Of a stretch of 60,808 nucleotides of DNA, positions 17,267-26,808 are shown one piece after another. The DNA comes from Acidobacteriota bacterium (GTDB taxonomy: Bacteria > Acidobacteriota > Thermoanaerobaculia > UBA5066 > Gp7-AA6). The position numbers and the translations under genes are program-made. A model generated the notes under the pieces. That model searched no databases, was not told the origin of the DNA, and saw only the letters and a list, made by a program, of their open reading frames with translations. Every line of letters starts with the position of its first letter. Within the stretch, counting starts at the first letter, position 1. Where the stretch lies: the NCBI GenBank assembly GCA_046725935.1, contig JBKOZO010000090.1, positions 1-60,808 of the forward strand, in the 5' to 3' direction.

Positions 17267-18322
17267 GAGGGGTTTCGCGAGTGGCCGAACCAGCGCGCCC
17301 AGTACGCTTCCGGCGGGGCGTCGCGCCGCGAGGAGACGCAGGCGGCGGATCTGTTCCCAGGTCAGTGCGCCTCCCGCGAGAAGCCAGAAGCCGTCGACGA
17401 CTCCGAGGGCGCCGGCCGAGAGGTTCATCAGCGCGGCGAGAAAGTTTGCGCCGGCGAGCGCCAGCAGAATCGCGGCGGTGATCCTGCCCCATCGCAGGGG
17501 CTGGAAGCCGAACCGTCGAGCGAGATTTTCCTGGTCCGCCGGCGTCAGAAGAGCCAGAAGCGGTTCGAGCATGCGAAAGCGATCCGACGTGTCGCGGGCC
17601 CGTTCTTCCGGCGAGGCGGATGCGTCCGGCGGCGACGGTTTGGGTTCGCGCGCTTCCCGCCACGCCGCGTAACAGAGAACGACCGGGAACGATCCCATCG
17701 GCTCTCCCATCGCGATCGCGCTCCCGAGGCGCAGCGCCGACTCGCCGAAGAGATACAGGGCCACGAGGTACGGAGGCGTCAGCCAGCCCGGGAACCCGAG
17801 CCCGGCTCTCGGCGGGCCGAGCAGGCGGAGCAGATGATCCAGGAGCCCGAGGAACCCCGCGACGAAGAGCGGAACCGCCGACGCGATCGTCATCGCGATC
17901 GCGGGCGCGCCGAACGCGCTCTCCATCTCCTTCTGGACGTCTCCGGGAAGAAACCCCGCGAGCGGCGCGAGGAGGATCGAGAGCCGGCGCTTGCGGACGC
18001 GCGACGTGAGGTCGTTTCTCGAGTCCGAACGTCCGCGCTCGCTCTCGTCGTCGTAGCGCTCGAGCCGGCGGATGACGTGGCCCTCTTCCCACGGCGCGAG
18101 CACATAGCGCACGCCGCCGGACGGCAGAGGTTCCGCGCGCCGCACCTCGAAGAGGCGCCCGTCCCATTCCACCGCCGTGCCGGGATACGCGGCGGTCGTC
18201 AGGGTCTTCTCGCGGCGCGGCGTCCACGACGACTTCGAAACGGGACAGAGGAGTGCGGCTTCCCCGCCCGGTAGCGACTCGACGCGGTCGTCCCCGAACG
18301 CGGGCAGGAGCGTTTCGGTCAT
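17249..18322 (-). CDS. Hypothetical multi-TM membrane protein
   Basis: Coding-like frame from the ATG at 18322, with several hydrophobic helices. Confidence 0.65.
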   Translation of the reverse strand: MTETLLPAFGDDRVESLPGGEAALLCPVSKSSWTPRREKTLTTAAYPGTAVEWDGRLFEVRRAEPLPSGGVRYVLAPWEEGHVIRRLERYDDESERGRSDSRNDLTSRVRKRRLSILLAPLAGFLPGDVQKEMESAFGAPAIAMTIASAVPLFVAGFLGLLDHLLRLLGPPRAGLGFPGWLTPPYLVALYLFGESALRLGSAIAMGEPMGSFPVVLCYAAWREAREPKPSPPDASASPEERARDTSDRFRMLEPLLALLTPADQENLARRFGFQPLRWGRITAAILLALAGANFLAALMNLSAGALGVVDGFWLLAGGALTWEQIRRLRLLAARRPAGSVLGALVRPLAKPLLGAGA

Positions 18323-18388
18323 GGACTGCGGAAAGCTTAACGCCGGCGGGAGTGGGCGCGCGGCCCCGGTTGGGTGTAGCGTTGGAGC

Positions 18389-18646
18389 GTGGCTCGCGGC
18401 TGGGGTAAGAGCGAAGAAGACCTCGGCGCGGAAAAAGAGCACGCGCGCGAGGCCGAGGAAAAAGCCGCGGCGCGCCCGTCGCGCACGCACGCCGAAGAGG
18501 CCGCCCGCCGCCGCGGCCTGGAGCTTTCGCTCGCGCGCATCGAGGAGCTTCTCGCCAAGACCGAGAATCCGGCGCGCCGCCGGGCCCTCGAGGCCGCGAA
18601 GGCGGAGCTGACCGAGCGCCTGGAACCGTCCCCCAAGCATCCGTGA
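18389..18646 (+). CDS. Small helical hypothetical protein (MARGW- N-terminus)
   Basis: Charged coiled-coil-like 85 aa; GTGA overlap with xth. Confidence 0.7.
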   Translation: MARGWGKSEEDLGAEKEHAREAEEKAAARPSRTHAEEAARRRGLELSLARIEELLAKTENPARRRALEAAKAELTERLEPSPKHP

Positions 18647-19383
18647 AAATCGCGACCTGGAACGTCAACGGGATCCGCGCCCGCGAGGCGCAGGTGCGTG
18701 ACTGGCTCGCGGCCGAGCGGCCCGATGCCGTGTGCCTTCAGGAGATCAAGGCCAAGCCCGAACAGATTCCCGAGCTGCTCTTCGAATCCGAAGGCTACTG
18801 GTGCTACTGGCACGGCGCCGGAGGCTACTCGGGGGTGGCGCTGCATCTCTCCAGGCAACTCTGCGAAGCGCGGCCGGTCTTCGGCCATCCCGCGTTCGAC
18901 CGCGAGACCCGCATCGTCACCGCCGACGTCGGAGACCTGACGCTCGCGTCCGTGTACGTGCCCAACGGCGGCAAAGACTACGGGGCAAAGCTCCGGTTTC
19001 TCGAATCGCTCGGGAGCTGGGCCGGCGAGCTCTCGCAGGCGGGACGCCGCCTCGTTCTGTGCGGCGACCTGAACGTGGCGCTCACCGACCGCGACGTGCA
19101 TCCCAAGGAGCTCAAGCCGGGCGTCGTCGGGCAGCGCGAGGACGAGCGCGCGCTCATGTACCGGCTCATCGGGAACGGGCTGGTCGACGTGGGGCGGGCG
19201 CTGGACCCGGACAACGACGGTCTCTTCACCTGGTGGGCGCCCTGGCGGAATCTCCGGCAGCGCAACATCGGCTGGAGGATCGACTACATCCTGGCGAGCG
19301 CGTTGCTGAAGCCCACGGAGTGCGTCGTGCGCGCCGGCGTAGGGACGAGCGACCATGCACCCGTCGTCGCGACCTTCGGATAG
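18643..19383 (+). CDS. xth: Exodeoxyribonuclease III
   Basis: MKIATWNVNGIRAR, LQEIK, YVPNG, GDLNVA, WRIDY, SDHAP. Confidence 0.95.
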   Translation: MKIATWNVNGIRAREAQVRDWLAAERPDAVCLQEIKAKPEQIPELLFESEGYWCYWHGAGGYSGVALHLSRQLCEARPVFGHPAFDRETRIVTADVGDLTLASVYVPNGGKDYGAKLRFLESLGSWAGELSQAGRRLVLCGDLNVALTDRDVHPKELKPGVVGQREDERALMYRLIGNGLVDVGRALDPDNDGLFTWWAPWRNLRQRNIGWRIDYILASALLKPTECVVRAGVGTSDHAPVVATFG

Positions 19384-19428
19384 GATCTCCCGATCTTCCT
19401 CGAGGTGCATGACGGGAGGTCGACGACG

Positions 19429-21255
19429 ATGCGAACGTTGCGGATTCATTTCTGCCTGCTGCTGCTTTCGGTCCTGCCGGTCGCCGCGAGCGGTGCGGAC
19501 GCGAACGGGCGGATCGAGCGCGTCGAAAAGGGGCTCCGGCCGCCCGTGCTGGTGGAAGGAGACCCGACCTGGACGCTCGAGGAGCGCCTGAAGAAGTTCG
19601 CGGTGCCGGGATTGAGCATCGCCGTCATCCAGGACGGCCGGATCGTCTGGGCGAAAGGCTACGGGCTCGCGGACGTCGAAGCGAAGAAGCCCGTGACGGC
19701 GTCGACGCTCTTCCAGGCCGGCTCGATCAGCAAGCCGGTCGCCGCGATGGGGGCGCTCACCCTCGTCGAGGACGGGAAGCTGTCGCTCGACCACGACATC
19801 AACGGGTCGCTCAAGAGCTGGAAGGTTCCGTCCAACGCCTTCACGCAGAAGACTCCGGTGACGCTGGAGGAGCTGCTGTCGCACACCGCCGGCCTGACGG
19901 TCCACGGCTTCCCCGGCTACGCCGCGGGCGCTCCGGTTCCCACGGTCGTCCAGGTGCTCGACGGAACGCCTCCCGCGAACACGGCGCCTATCCGGGTGGA
20001 TCTGGCTCCCGGGACGCAGTATCGCTACTCGGGGGGCGGCTACACCGTCGCGCAGCTCGCGATGACCGACGTCACGGGCCAGACGTTTCCGAAACTCATG
20101 GCGGACGCCGTGCTCCGTCCCGTCGGCATGACGGCGAGCACGTACGAGCAGCCGCTTCCGGAGGCGCGCGTGGCCGAAGCCGCGGCGGGGTACCGCGAAG
20201 GAGGCAAGGCCGTCGAGGGCAAGCGCCACGTCTATCCCGAGATGGCGGCCGCCGGGCTCTGGACGACGCCGTCGGACCTGGCGCGCTTCGCGATCGCGGT
20301 GCAGAAGATGCTCCGCGGCGAGCGGGGCCCGCTGTCCCAGGCAATGGCCCGCAACATGGTGACGCCGCGCAAAGGCGGCTACGGCCTCGGTCTCGTGATC
20401 GAGGACAAAGGCGCCACGGAGTACTTCACGCACGGGGGCTCGGACGAAGGGTTCCAGGCGCTTCTCTACGCGAGCGTCGACCGGGGCTACGGCGCCGCCC
20501 TCATGACCAACTCCGACGCGGGCTTCCGGGTCATGCCGGAGGTCTTGCGCGCAATCGCGGCCGAGTACAACTGGGAGGGTTTCCAGAAGGAGCCGATTGC
20601 TCTGGCGAAGCTTTCGCCCGAAGAGCTCGCGCGTTTCGCGGGGCGCTACAAGTTCGACTCGGATACGCTCTTCGTCGTCACGCCGCAGGCTTCGGGCCTC
20701 GAAGTCCAGGAACCGCTCGGCGAGACGTTCCTGCTTCTGCCGGTTTCGAAGGACGCGTTCGTCCGGCGGGACGAGGATGCCCGTTACACGTTCGGCCGGC
20801 GGGCGGACGGCGGCGTGGAGCTGCGGATCGACGGCGAGAAGTCGCGGACGGCGCCGCGCGTCGACAAGAGCACCCGGGTCCCATCCGAGGACCTCGACGC
20901 CGGCCGCATCGACGAGGCGGTGGCGGGCTACAAGAAGTTGAAGGCGGCGAATCCGTCGGACCCGGCCGTAGCCGAGGCGCACTTCAACCAGGTGGGCTAT
21001 GGGTTCCTGCAGAAACAGGACTTCCCCAAAGCGATCGCGGTCTTTCGCCTCAACACCGAGCTCTATCCCGATTCCGCGAACACGTACGACAGCCTCGCGG
21101 AGGCGACCGAAGCGAGCGGAGACAAGGCGGGAGCGATCGCGCTGTACAAAAAGGCACTCGATGTCGCGAGTCGGGGCAAGGGATCCGGGGCCGCGACCGA
21201 CGAGACCGTGCGGTCGCACGCCCAGGCGAGGCTGAAGGCCCTGGGCGAGCCCTGA
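19429..21255 (+). CDS. Secreted serine hydrolase (beta-lactamase/AmpC-like) with C-terminal TPR
   Basis: Signal peptide, SxxK (GSISKP), LLSHTAG, YSGGGY, HGG; TPR-like FNQVGY...NTYDSLAEA. Confidence 0.9.
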   Translation: MRTLRIHFCLLLLSVLPVAASGADANGRIERVEKGLRPPVLVEGDPTWTLEERLKKFAVPGLSIAVIQDGRIVWAKGYGLADVEAKKPVTASTLFQAGSISKPVAAMGALTLVEDGKLSLDHDINGSLKSWKVPSNAFTQKTPVTLEELLSHTAGLTVHGFPGYAAGAPVPTVVQVLDGTPPANTAPIRVDLAPGTQYRYSGGGYTVAQLAMTDVTGQTFPKLMADAVLRPVGMTASTYEQPLPEARVAEAAAGYREGGKAVEGKRHVYPEMAAAGLWTTPSDLARFAIAVQKMLRGERGPLSQAMARNMVTPRKGGYGLGLVIEDKGATEYFTHGGSDEGFQALLYASVDRGYGAALMTNSDAGFRVMPEVLRAIAAEYNWEGFQKEPIALAKLSPEELARFAGRYKFDSDTLFVVTPQASGLEVQEPLGETFLLLPVSKDAFVRRDEDARYTFGRRADGGVELRIDGEKSRTAPRVDKSTRVPSEDLDAGRIDEAVAGYKKLKAANPSDPAVAEAHFNQVGYGFLQKQDFPKAIAVFRLNTELYPDSANTYDSLAEATEASGDKAGAIALYKKALDVASRGKGSGAATDETVRSHAQARLKALGEP

Positions 21256-21279
21256 TCCGGGTCGATTCGCGGAGGTCCC

Positions 21280-22566
21280 ATGAAACCGCTATCTCTCGCG
21301 CTGTGTCTTCTGGCGGCCGCGGCGGCGCTTTCCGGAGCCGAGCCGGCGCCGGTGCGGATCGCCGTGAAGGCCGGCCGGCTCATCGACGGCCGCGGCGGCC
21401 CGCCGGTCTCGCCGGCGCTGGTTCTGGTCGAAAACGGAAAAATCGCGGCGGTGGGCCCGAGCCTGACGATTCCGCCGGACGCGAAGGTCGTGGACCTGGG
21501 CGGCGCGACGCTTCTTCCGGGGCTCGTCGAGATGCACGACCACCTCACGGGAAGCCCCGAGAACCACGGCTATCAGTCCCTCGCGTACTCGACCGCACGC
21601 GAGGCGATCGACGGCGTCGCCAACGCCGAGAAGACGCTGCTCGCCGGGTTCACCACGGTGCGCAACGTCGGCGCCGGAGGTTTCGCCGACGTCGCGCTGC
21701 GCGATGCGATCGCCTCGGGCGAGATACCCGGCCCGCGCCTGGTCGTCTCGGGCCCGGCGCTCGGCATCACCGGCGGGCATTGCGACAGCAACCTCCTGCC
21801 CGCGGACTTCCACTACAAGCGCGAGGGAGTCGCCGACGGGCCATGGGAAGCGCGGGCGAAGGTGCGGGAAGTCGTCAAGTACGGCGCCGACGTCATCAAG
21901 ATCTGCGCGAGCGGGGGAGTCCTGTCCAAGGGCGATCTCCCCGGCACGCCGCAGTACACACCCGAGGAGATGAAGGCCATCGTCGAAGAAGCGCACCGGC
22001 TGGGGCGCAGGGTCGCCGCCCACGCCCACGGCGCTCAATCCATCAAGGAGGCGATCCAGGCGGGCGTGGACTCGGTCGAGCACGCCAGCCTGATCGACGA
22101 CGACGGCGTCCGCCTCGCGAAGGAGCGCGGCGTCTACCTCGTCATGGACATCTACAACGACGACTACATCCTCAAGGAGGGGCTGAAGGTCGGCATGCTT
22201 CCGGAGTCGATCGAGAAGGAGAAGCAGCTCGGCCAGCTCCAGCGCGACAACTTCCGCAGGGCGTTCCAGGCCGGCGCGAAGATGGCGTTCGGCACCGACG
22301 GCGGCGTCTACCCCCACGGCGACAACGCGAATCAGTTCGCCTACATGGTCCAGTACCCCATGACGCCGATGCAGGCGATCCAGGCGGCCACGGTCAACGC
22401 CGCCGACCTGCTCGGCTGGAAGGACCGAATCGGTTCGGTCGAGCCCGGCAAGTTCGCCGACTTGATCGCGGTCGCCAGCGATCCGCTCGCCGACATCCGC
22501 GCGCTCGAGACGGTCGGCTTCGTGATGAAGGGCGGCGAGATCGTCAAGAACGAGCTCAAAAAGTAA
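21280..22566 (+). CDS. Metal-dependent amidohydrolase (Xaa-Pro dipeptidase-like)
   Basis: PGLVEMHDHL, GADVIKIC, AAHAHG, EHAS, FGTDGG, GKFADLIAV. Confidence 0.9.
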   Translation: MKPLSLALCLLAAAAALSGAEPAPVRIAVKAGRLIDGRGGPPVSPALVLVENGKIAAVGPSLTIPPDAKVVDLGGATLLPGLVEMHDHLTGSPENHGYQSLAYSTAREAIDGVANAEKTLLAGFTTVRNVGAGGFADVALRDAIASGEIPGPRLVVSGPALGITGGHCDSNLLPADFHYKREGVADGPWEARAKVREVVKYGADVIKICASGGVLSKGDLPGTPQYTPEEMKAIVEEAHRLGRRVAAHAHGAQSIKEAIQAGVDSVEHASLIDDDGVRLAKERGVYLVMDIYNDDYILKEGLKVGMLPESIEKEKQLGQLQRDNFRRAFQAGAKMAFGTDGGVYPHGDNANQFAYMVQYPMTPMQAIQAATVNAADLLGWKDRIGSVEPGKFADLIAVASDPLADIRALETVGFVMKGGEIVKNELKK

Positions 22567-22583
22567 CGCCGCGTCGCCGCGCT

Positions 22584-23021
22584 TCACCGTCCGCCGGCGC
22601 GGGCCACCTCGTAGTGGAGGACGACGGGCTCGGCCTCGATCAGGAACTCGCGGTCCCGTGCGAGGACGTGCGGCTTCTGCCAGTCCGGGCCGGCGAACTT
22701 CTGGATTGCGGCGATCGACTCCCAGTACGAGATCACGACGAACTCGGTCTGCGCGCCGTCTCTACGGCGGAGGATCTCGACGCCGTGATTGCCCTGGGTC
22801 TTTAGGATCTGCGGCACGCCCGTGGCATTGAGGTATTTCTCGTATTCGTCGGCTTTCGCCGTCAGCGTGCGGCCCTGCCAGATCCGCGCGATCATCCTCT
22901 TGGGGTTGAGCTGCGGGCTGGCGCTCGCGGAGGGCTGCGGAAGCAGGGAGGCGTCGGATCCCAGGGCGCCCGCGGCGGCGGCGAAGGCGAGAGTGGAGAA
23001 CAGAAGAAAGCGTCGGCGCAT
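22584..23021 (-). CDS. Antibiotic biosynthesis monooxygenase-like protein with signal peptide
   Basis: MIARIWQG...ADEYEKYL...SYWESIAAIQKFAG; N-terminal RRRFL followed by a hydrophobic stretch. Confidence 0.75.
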   Translation of the reverse strand: MRRRFLLFSTLAFAAAAGALGSDASLLPQPSASASPQLNPKRMIARIWQGRTLTAKADEYEKYLNATGVPQILKTQGNHGVEILRRRDGAQTEFVVISYWESIAAIQKFAGPDWQKPHVLARDREFLIEAEPVVLHYEVARAGGR

Positions 23022-23085
23022 CGGCAGTCTCCTTTTTGAATCGGATGAGAGCATAGCCCGAGGAGAGGCGGGCTAAGATCGCGGC

Positions 23086-24033
23086 GTGATTCCGATCGAA
23101 GCCATCCGCGCCGCCGACGAGCGGACCCGCGGGAAGGTGCACCGCACGCCGCTCCTGTCGGCGTCTTCCCTCGGAGCCCGCGCCGGCGTGCGCCTGTTTC
23201 TGAAGTGCGAGAACTTCCAGAAGACCGGTTCGTTCAAGGCGCGCGGCGCGCTGAACAAGGTCATGTCGCTGTCGAACGAGGACCGCACGTGCGGCCTCGT
23301 GACCGTCTCCGCCGGCAACCATGCCGCGGCCGTGGCGTGGGCCGCGGGGATCGCCGGCTGCGGGGCCGTAGTCGTGATGCCCGACGGAGCACCCCGGTCC
23401 AAGATCGAGGCGGTCCGATCCTACGGCGCCGAGATCGTGTTCCACGCCGACCGCGCCACGCTCTTCGACCGGCTGAACGAAGTACGCGAGGCCCGCGGAC
23501 TGACCTTCGTGCATCCGTTCGACGATCCGACGGTTCTCGCCGGCGCGGCCACGGCAGGTCTCGAGATCGTCGCGGACATGCCGGACGCCCAGGTCGTCGT
23601 CGTCCCGGTCGGGGGAGGGGGGCTGCTCGGCGGCGTGGCCTCGGCCGTCAAGCAGCTGAGGCCTTCGGTCCGCGTGGTCGCCGTCGAGCTCGCGGATGGA
23701 CCGGGTCTCGCTCCCGCCCTCGCCGCGGGCAAGCCCGTGCCGGTCCAGCGTCCCGACACGCTCGCCGACGGCATGACGCCTCCGTTCGTCGGCGCGCTGC
23801 CGCTCGAGATCGCGCGCGAGGCGGTGGACGAGATCGTGACGGTGACGGAAGACGAGATCCGCGAAGCCATGCGCCTGCTGATGACGCGCGCCAAGCTCGT
23901 CGTCGAAGGAGCGGGTGCGGCCGCCACCGCCGCGGTCCTGGCCGGGAAGACCGGAGCGGCGGACGGAGCGCTGGTCGTCGCGCTCGCCTCGGGCGGGAAC
24001 GTCGATCTCGCGAAGGTCGCGGCGATCGTCTAG
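23086..24033 (+). CDS. PLP-dependent Ser/Thr dehydratase family protein
   Basis: KCENFQKTGSFKARGA, SAGNHA, PVGGGGL, SGGNVD. Confidence 0.92.
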   Translation: MIPIEAIRAADERTRGKVHRTPLLSASSLGARAGVRLFLKCENFQKTGSFKARGALNKVMSLSNEDRTCGLVTVSAGNHAAAVAWAAGIAGCGAVVVMPDGAPRSKIEAVRSYGAEIVFHADRATLFDRLNEVREARGLTFVHPFDDPTVLAGAATAGLEIVADMPDAQVVVVPVGGGGLLGGVASAVKQLRPSVRVVAVELADGPGLAPALAAGKPVPVQRPDTLADGMTPPFVGALPLEIAREAVDEIVTVTEDEIREAMRLLMTRAKLVVEGAGAAATAAVLAGKTGAADGALVVALASGGNVDLAKVAAIV

Positions 24034-24389
24034 GTACGCGCCATTCGCGTGGCGCGATATTTCTGCGTGGCGTAACCGACGATCGCACCGACGATCGCGC
24101 CGGGCAGCATGATCTCGAAGTAGTAGTGCTTGCTGCTGGCGTCGGGAATCGCGGCCACAATGTAGGCGAGCAAAAGGCCGACACCGAGGCCGAAGACGAT
24201 CCCGAGCGGCAGCGAGTGGACCTTGTTGGAGAAGAATCCGATCGCGAGGCCGGCGATCAGGCCCTTGACCGTCGAGCCCACGACGATCATGAGGATCTGG
24301 TCGCGCACCTCGGGGGTAAACCACGCGGTCAGTCCGTCGAAGATCCCGAGGATCCCGCCCAGCAGCAGTCCGAATACCGGCTTGGCCAT
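24030..24389 (-). CDS. Hypothetical membrane protein (4 TM)
   Basis: AGGAGG RBS; four hydrophobic helices. Confidence 0.75.
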   Translation of the reverse strand: MAKPVFGLLLGGILGIFDGLTAWFTPEVRDQILMIVVGSTVKGLIAGLAIGFFSNKVHSLPLGIVFGLGVGLLLAYIVAAIPDASSKHYYFEIMLPGAIVGAIVGYATQKYRATRMART

Positions 24390-24458
24390 CGTGCCTCCTG
24401 TCTTATCTATTCAACGCTCGCGCCGATTCCTTTACGGATCCGCGCCGGGAAATACGGA

Positions 24459-25493
24459 TCAGCGCCGGTAAAAGATCAGCAGCAGCGAGCGCATCAATAT
24501 GTAGGCGGCGATCAGGAGAATCGCCGTGCGGTAGCGTCCGAAGAAACGGGCCCCTTTTTCCCAGACGCTCTCGCGATACGCGGTCACGGGCTCCCCGTCG
24601 AGGTGCTTCCTGACGTCCGCGGCCAGGTCCTGGGCCGAGGAGTAGCGCGACGCGGGGTCGATGGCCATGGCCTTCGCCGCAATCGCCGCCAGCGGCCGGG
24701 GCGTTGACGGTGTCCGTTCGTTCGCCGGAAGCGGCGAAGACCCCGAGGAGCCGCGAGCGCGGGCCAGGGCCGCATCTCCTTCGAAGGGCGGGCGCAGTGT
24801 CAGGAGGAAGTACAGGATCGCGCCCAGCGCATATACGTCGCTCGCGATCCCGACGCGGTTGGCGAGACCCTCGGCCTGCTCTGGCGCCATGTAGGCGAGC
24901 GTGCCTAAGACCATCCCTTCCGCGGTCGCCGCGGGGGTCGCCGGTCCGCCGTCGCGCGGCGCGCCTTCTTCGGGCAGCTCCAAGATCTTCGCGACGCCCC
25001 AGTCCAGGACCAGGACTTCGCCGAAGCTTCCGACCATGACGTTCTCGGGCTTCAGATCCCGGTGCAGGACGCCATGCGCGTGCGCGAAGGCGACGGTTTC
25101 GCAGACCCGCTGGAAGACGCGGAGCCGTTCGGGAAGCGGCGTCTCCGCCGCCAGCTCGTCGAGCCGGCGCCCGTCCACCCGCTTCATCGCATAGAACATC
25201 CGGCCGTCCGGCAGAGTGCCGGCGTCGTGCACGGGCACGATCCCCGGGTGCTCGAGGCGCGCGATGATCCGCGCCTCGCGCAGCGTCCGCGCCGCGATCT
25301 CCGGGCTCGCGGCTCCGGGTCCGACGACCTTGAGAGCGACCTTGCGGCCGAGGACGCGGTCCTCCGCGAGGTAGACCGTTCCCATTCCGCCCGAGCCGAG
25401 CTCTTCGAGCACGCGGTACTTCGTGTCGCCGAGGTCGGGCCACTCGGCGACTCGCCGCAGATGCGCGACGGTCTCGTCGGAGAGCCATCTCAC
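24459..25493 (-). CDS. Ser/Thr protein kinase (Hanks type) with C-terminal TM
   Basis: LGSGGMGTVY, VALKV, HRDLKPEN, DWG, GTLAYMAPEQ; GTGA overlap with the sigma gene. Confidence 0.95.
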   Translation of the reverse strand: MRWLSDETVAHLRRVAEWPDLGDTKYRVLEELGSGGMGTVYLAEDRVLGRKVALKVVGPGAASPEIAARTLREARIIARLEHPGIVPVHDAGTLPDGRMFYAMKRVDGRRLDELAAETPLPERLRVFQRVCETVAFAHAHGVLHRDLKPENVMVGSFGEVLVLDWGVAKILELPEEGAPRDGGPATPAATAEGMVLGTLAYMAPEQAEGLANRVGIASDVYALGAILYFLLTLRPPFEGDAALARARGSSGSSPLPANERTPSTPRPLAAIAAKAMAIDPASRYSSAQDLAADVRKHLDGEPVTAYRESVWEKGARFFGRYRTAILLIAAYILMRSLLLIFYRR

Positions 25494-26242
25494 CGGGACA
25501 CCCCGAGAAGGCTGCGCGCTTCTTCACGGAACTCGCGGTCGCTGGCCGTGATCTCCCGGAGCATCTCGAGCACGATGCGCCGGAACTCGCGCCGCGCGAA
25601 CGCCAGGAAGTTGGTGACCTGTGTGGCGGGAATTCCGAACTCGTCGGCCAGACGCTCGTACGTGAGCTTCTCGTCGGGATCGCGGTCGAGCTCGTAGCGC
25701 TCGAACAATCGATAGGGCAGGTCCTTGCCGCGCAGCGCGCACTCCTCGCGCAGCTTGTCGACGGCCAGGGCGAAGAGGCTGCGCACCCACTCGGCGTGAA
25801 AGTACTGCTCCATCGTCAGGTGGTCCGGCGGCTCCTTCATCGCGAGCTCGCCCTCGGCGCCCTCGAAGTCCAGAGGCAGGAGCGCGGTGCCCGGCGAGCG
25901 TTTCGCGCGCGCCGCGGCCTTCTTCTCGTTGGCGACGAAACGGTCCAGGCAGACGCGCAGGTACGTCCGGAAGCTCCCCTTGCCCGGGTCGTACCCGGCG
26001 AAGAACTCCTTCTCGAGGGCGCGGGTGAAGAAGCCCTGGGTCAGGTCCTTCGCGTCCTCGTTGGATTCCCCGAAGCGCGCGCGCAGATACTTGTAGACCG
26101 GCTTCCAGTACGTCTCGACGATGGTCGCGAGTCCGCGCTCGCGCTCGACGAGGTCCTCGCTCTGCGCCGCGAGGACGGCCGATCGCCGCGTGGCGGGGAA
26201 CCGATCCCCGCCCGGACCGCCGATGTCGGTGTCCGGAGGCAT
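25490..26242 (-). CDS. ECF-type RNA polymerase sigma factor (kinase-associated type)
   Basis: FPATRRS N-terminal motif, YWKPVYKYLR, DAKDLTQGFF, GSFRTYL, region 4 (YERLADEFG). Confidence 0.85.
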   Translation of the reverse strand: MPPDTDIGGPGGDRFPATRRSAVLAAQSEDLVERERGLATIVETYWKPVYKYLRARFGESNEDAKDLTQGFFTRALEKEFFAGYDPGKGSFRTYLRVCLDRFVANEKKAAARAKRSPGTALLPLDFEGAEGELAMKEPPDHLTMEQYFHAEWVRSLFALAVDKLREECALRGKDLPYRLFERYELDRDPDEKLTYERLADEFGIPATQVTNFLAFARREFRRIVLEMLREITASDREFREEARSLLGVSR

Positions 26243-26262
26243 GCTCGGTATATGGTAAGAGG

Positions 26263-26685
26263 GTGACGTCCGACGCGACAGCGGTCGCCGCCGCCAACGT
26301 GGCCTTCTACAAGGCTCTGGAGGCCAGGGACGTGGAAACCATGGCCGAAATCTGGCTCCACGACGAGTCCGCCAGTTGCGTCCACCCCGGCTGGCACCGC
26401 CTCGACGGCTGGGAGGAAATCGAGCGCTCCTGGGAAAACATCTTCACGAACTCGCGGCCGTGGACCGTCGCCTGCGAAGACGTGCGGATCGCGGTGGCGG
26501 GGGACCTGGCCTGGGTCACGTGCGTCGAGGTCATCACGCCGTTCGGCGGCAACGGCACTTCCGACGCGGCCCGGATGCAGGCCACGAACCTTTTCGGGCG
26601 CGTCGACGGAGAGTGGCGGCTGGTCCATCACCACGCCTCGCCGTCGCCGACGGAAGATTCCGAAGAGGACGAGACGATCAACTGA
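26263..26685 (+). CDS. NTF2/SnoaL-like protein
   Basis: ANVAFYKALEARD, CVHPGW, ATNLF, WRLVHHHAS. Confidence 0.88.
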   Translation: MTSDATAVAAANVAFYKALEARDVETMAEIWLHDESASCVHPGWHRLDGWEEIERSWENIFTNSRPWTVACEDVRIAVAGDLAWVTCVEVITPFGGNGTSDAARMQATNLFGRVDGEWRLVHHHASPSPTEDSEEDETIN

Positions 26686-26704
26686 CGCGCGAAGGCGTGG
26701 AGCG

Positions 26705-26763
26705 GGCTCAGACTCTGAGCGGCCCGCTGCGCGGGCCAACCGAAGGGGGAGGGGAAGTCGCTT
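26705..26763. repeat. Intergenic hairpin repeat, family 2 (copy A)
   Basis: 53/59 identical to 34221-34279; core GGCCCGC-nnn-GCGGGCC. Confidence 0.85.
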
Positions 26764-26808
26764 GTGCGTCCTCTCCCGGGAATCGGACTGGGGATTGATG
26801 AGGCCGGC

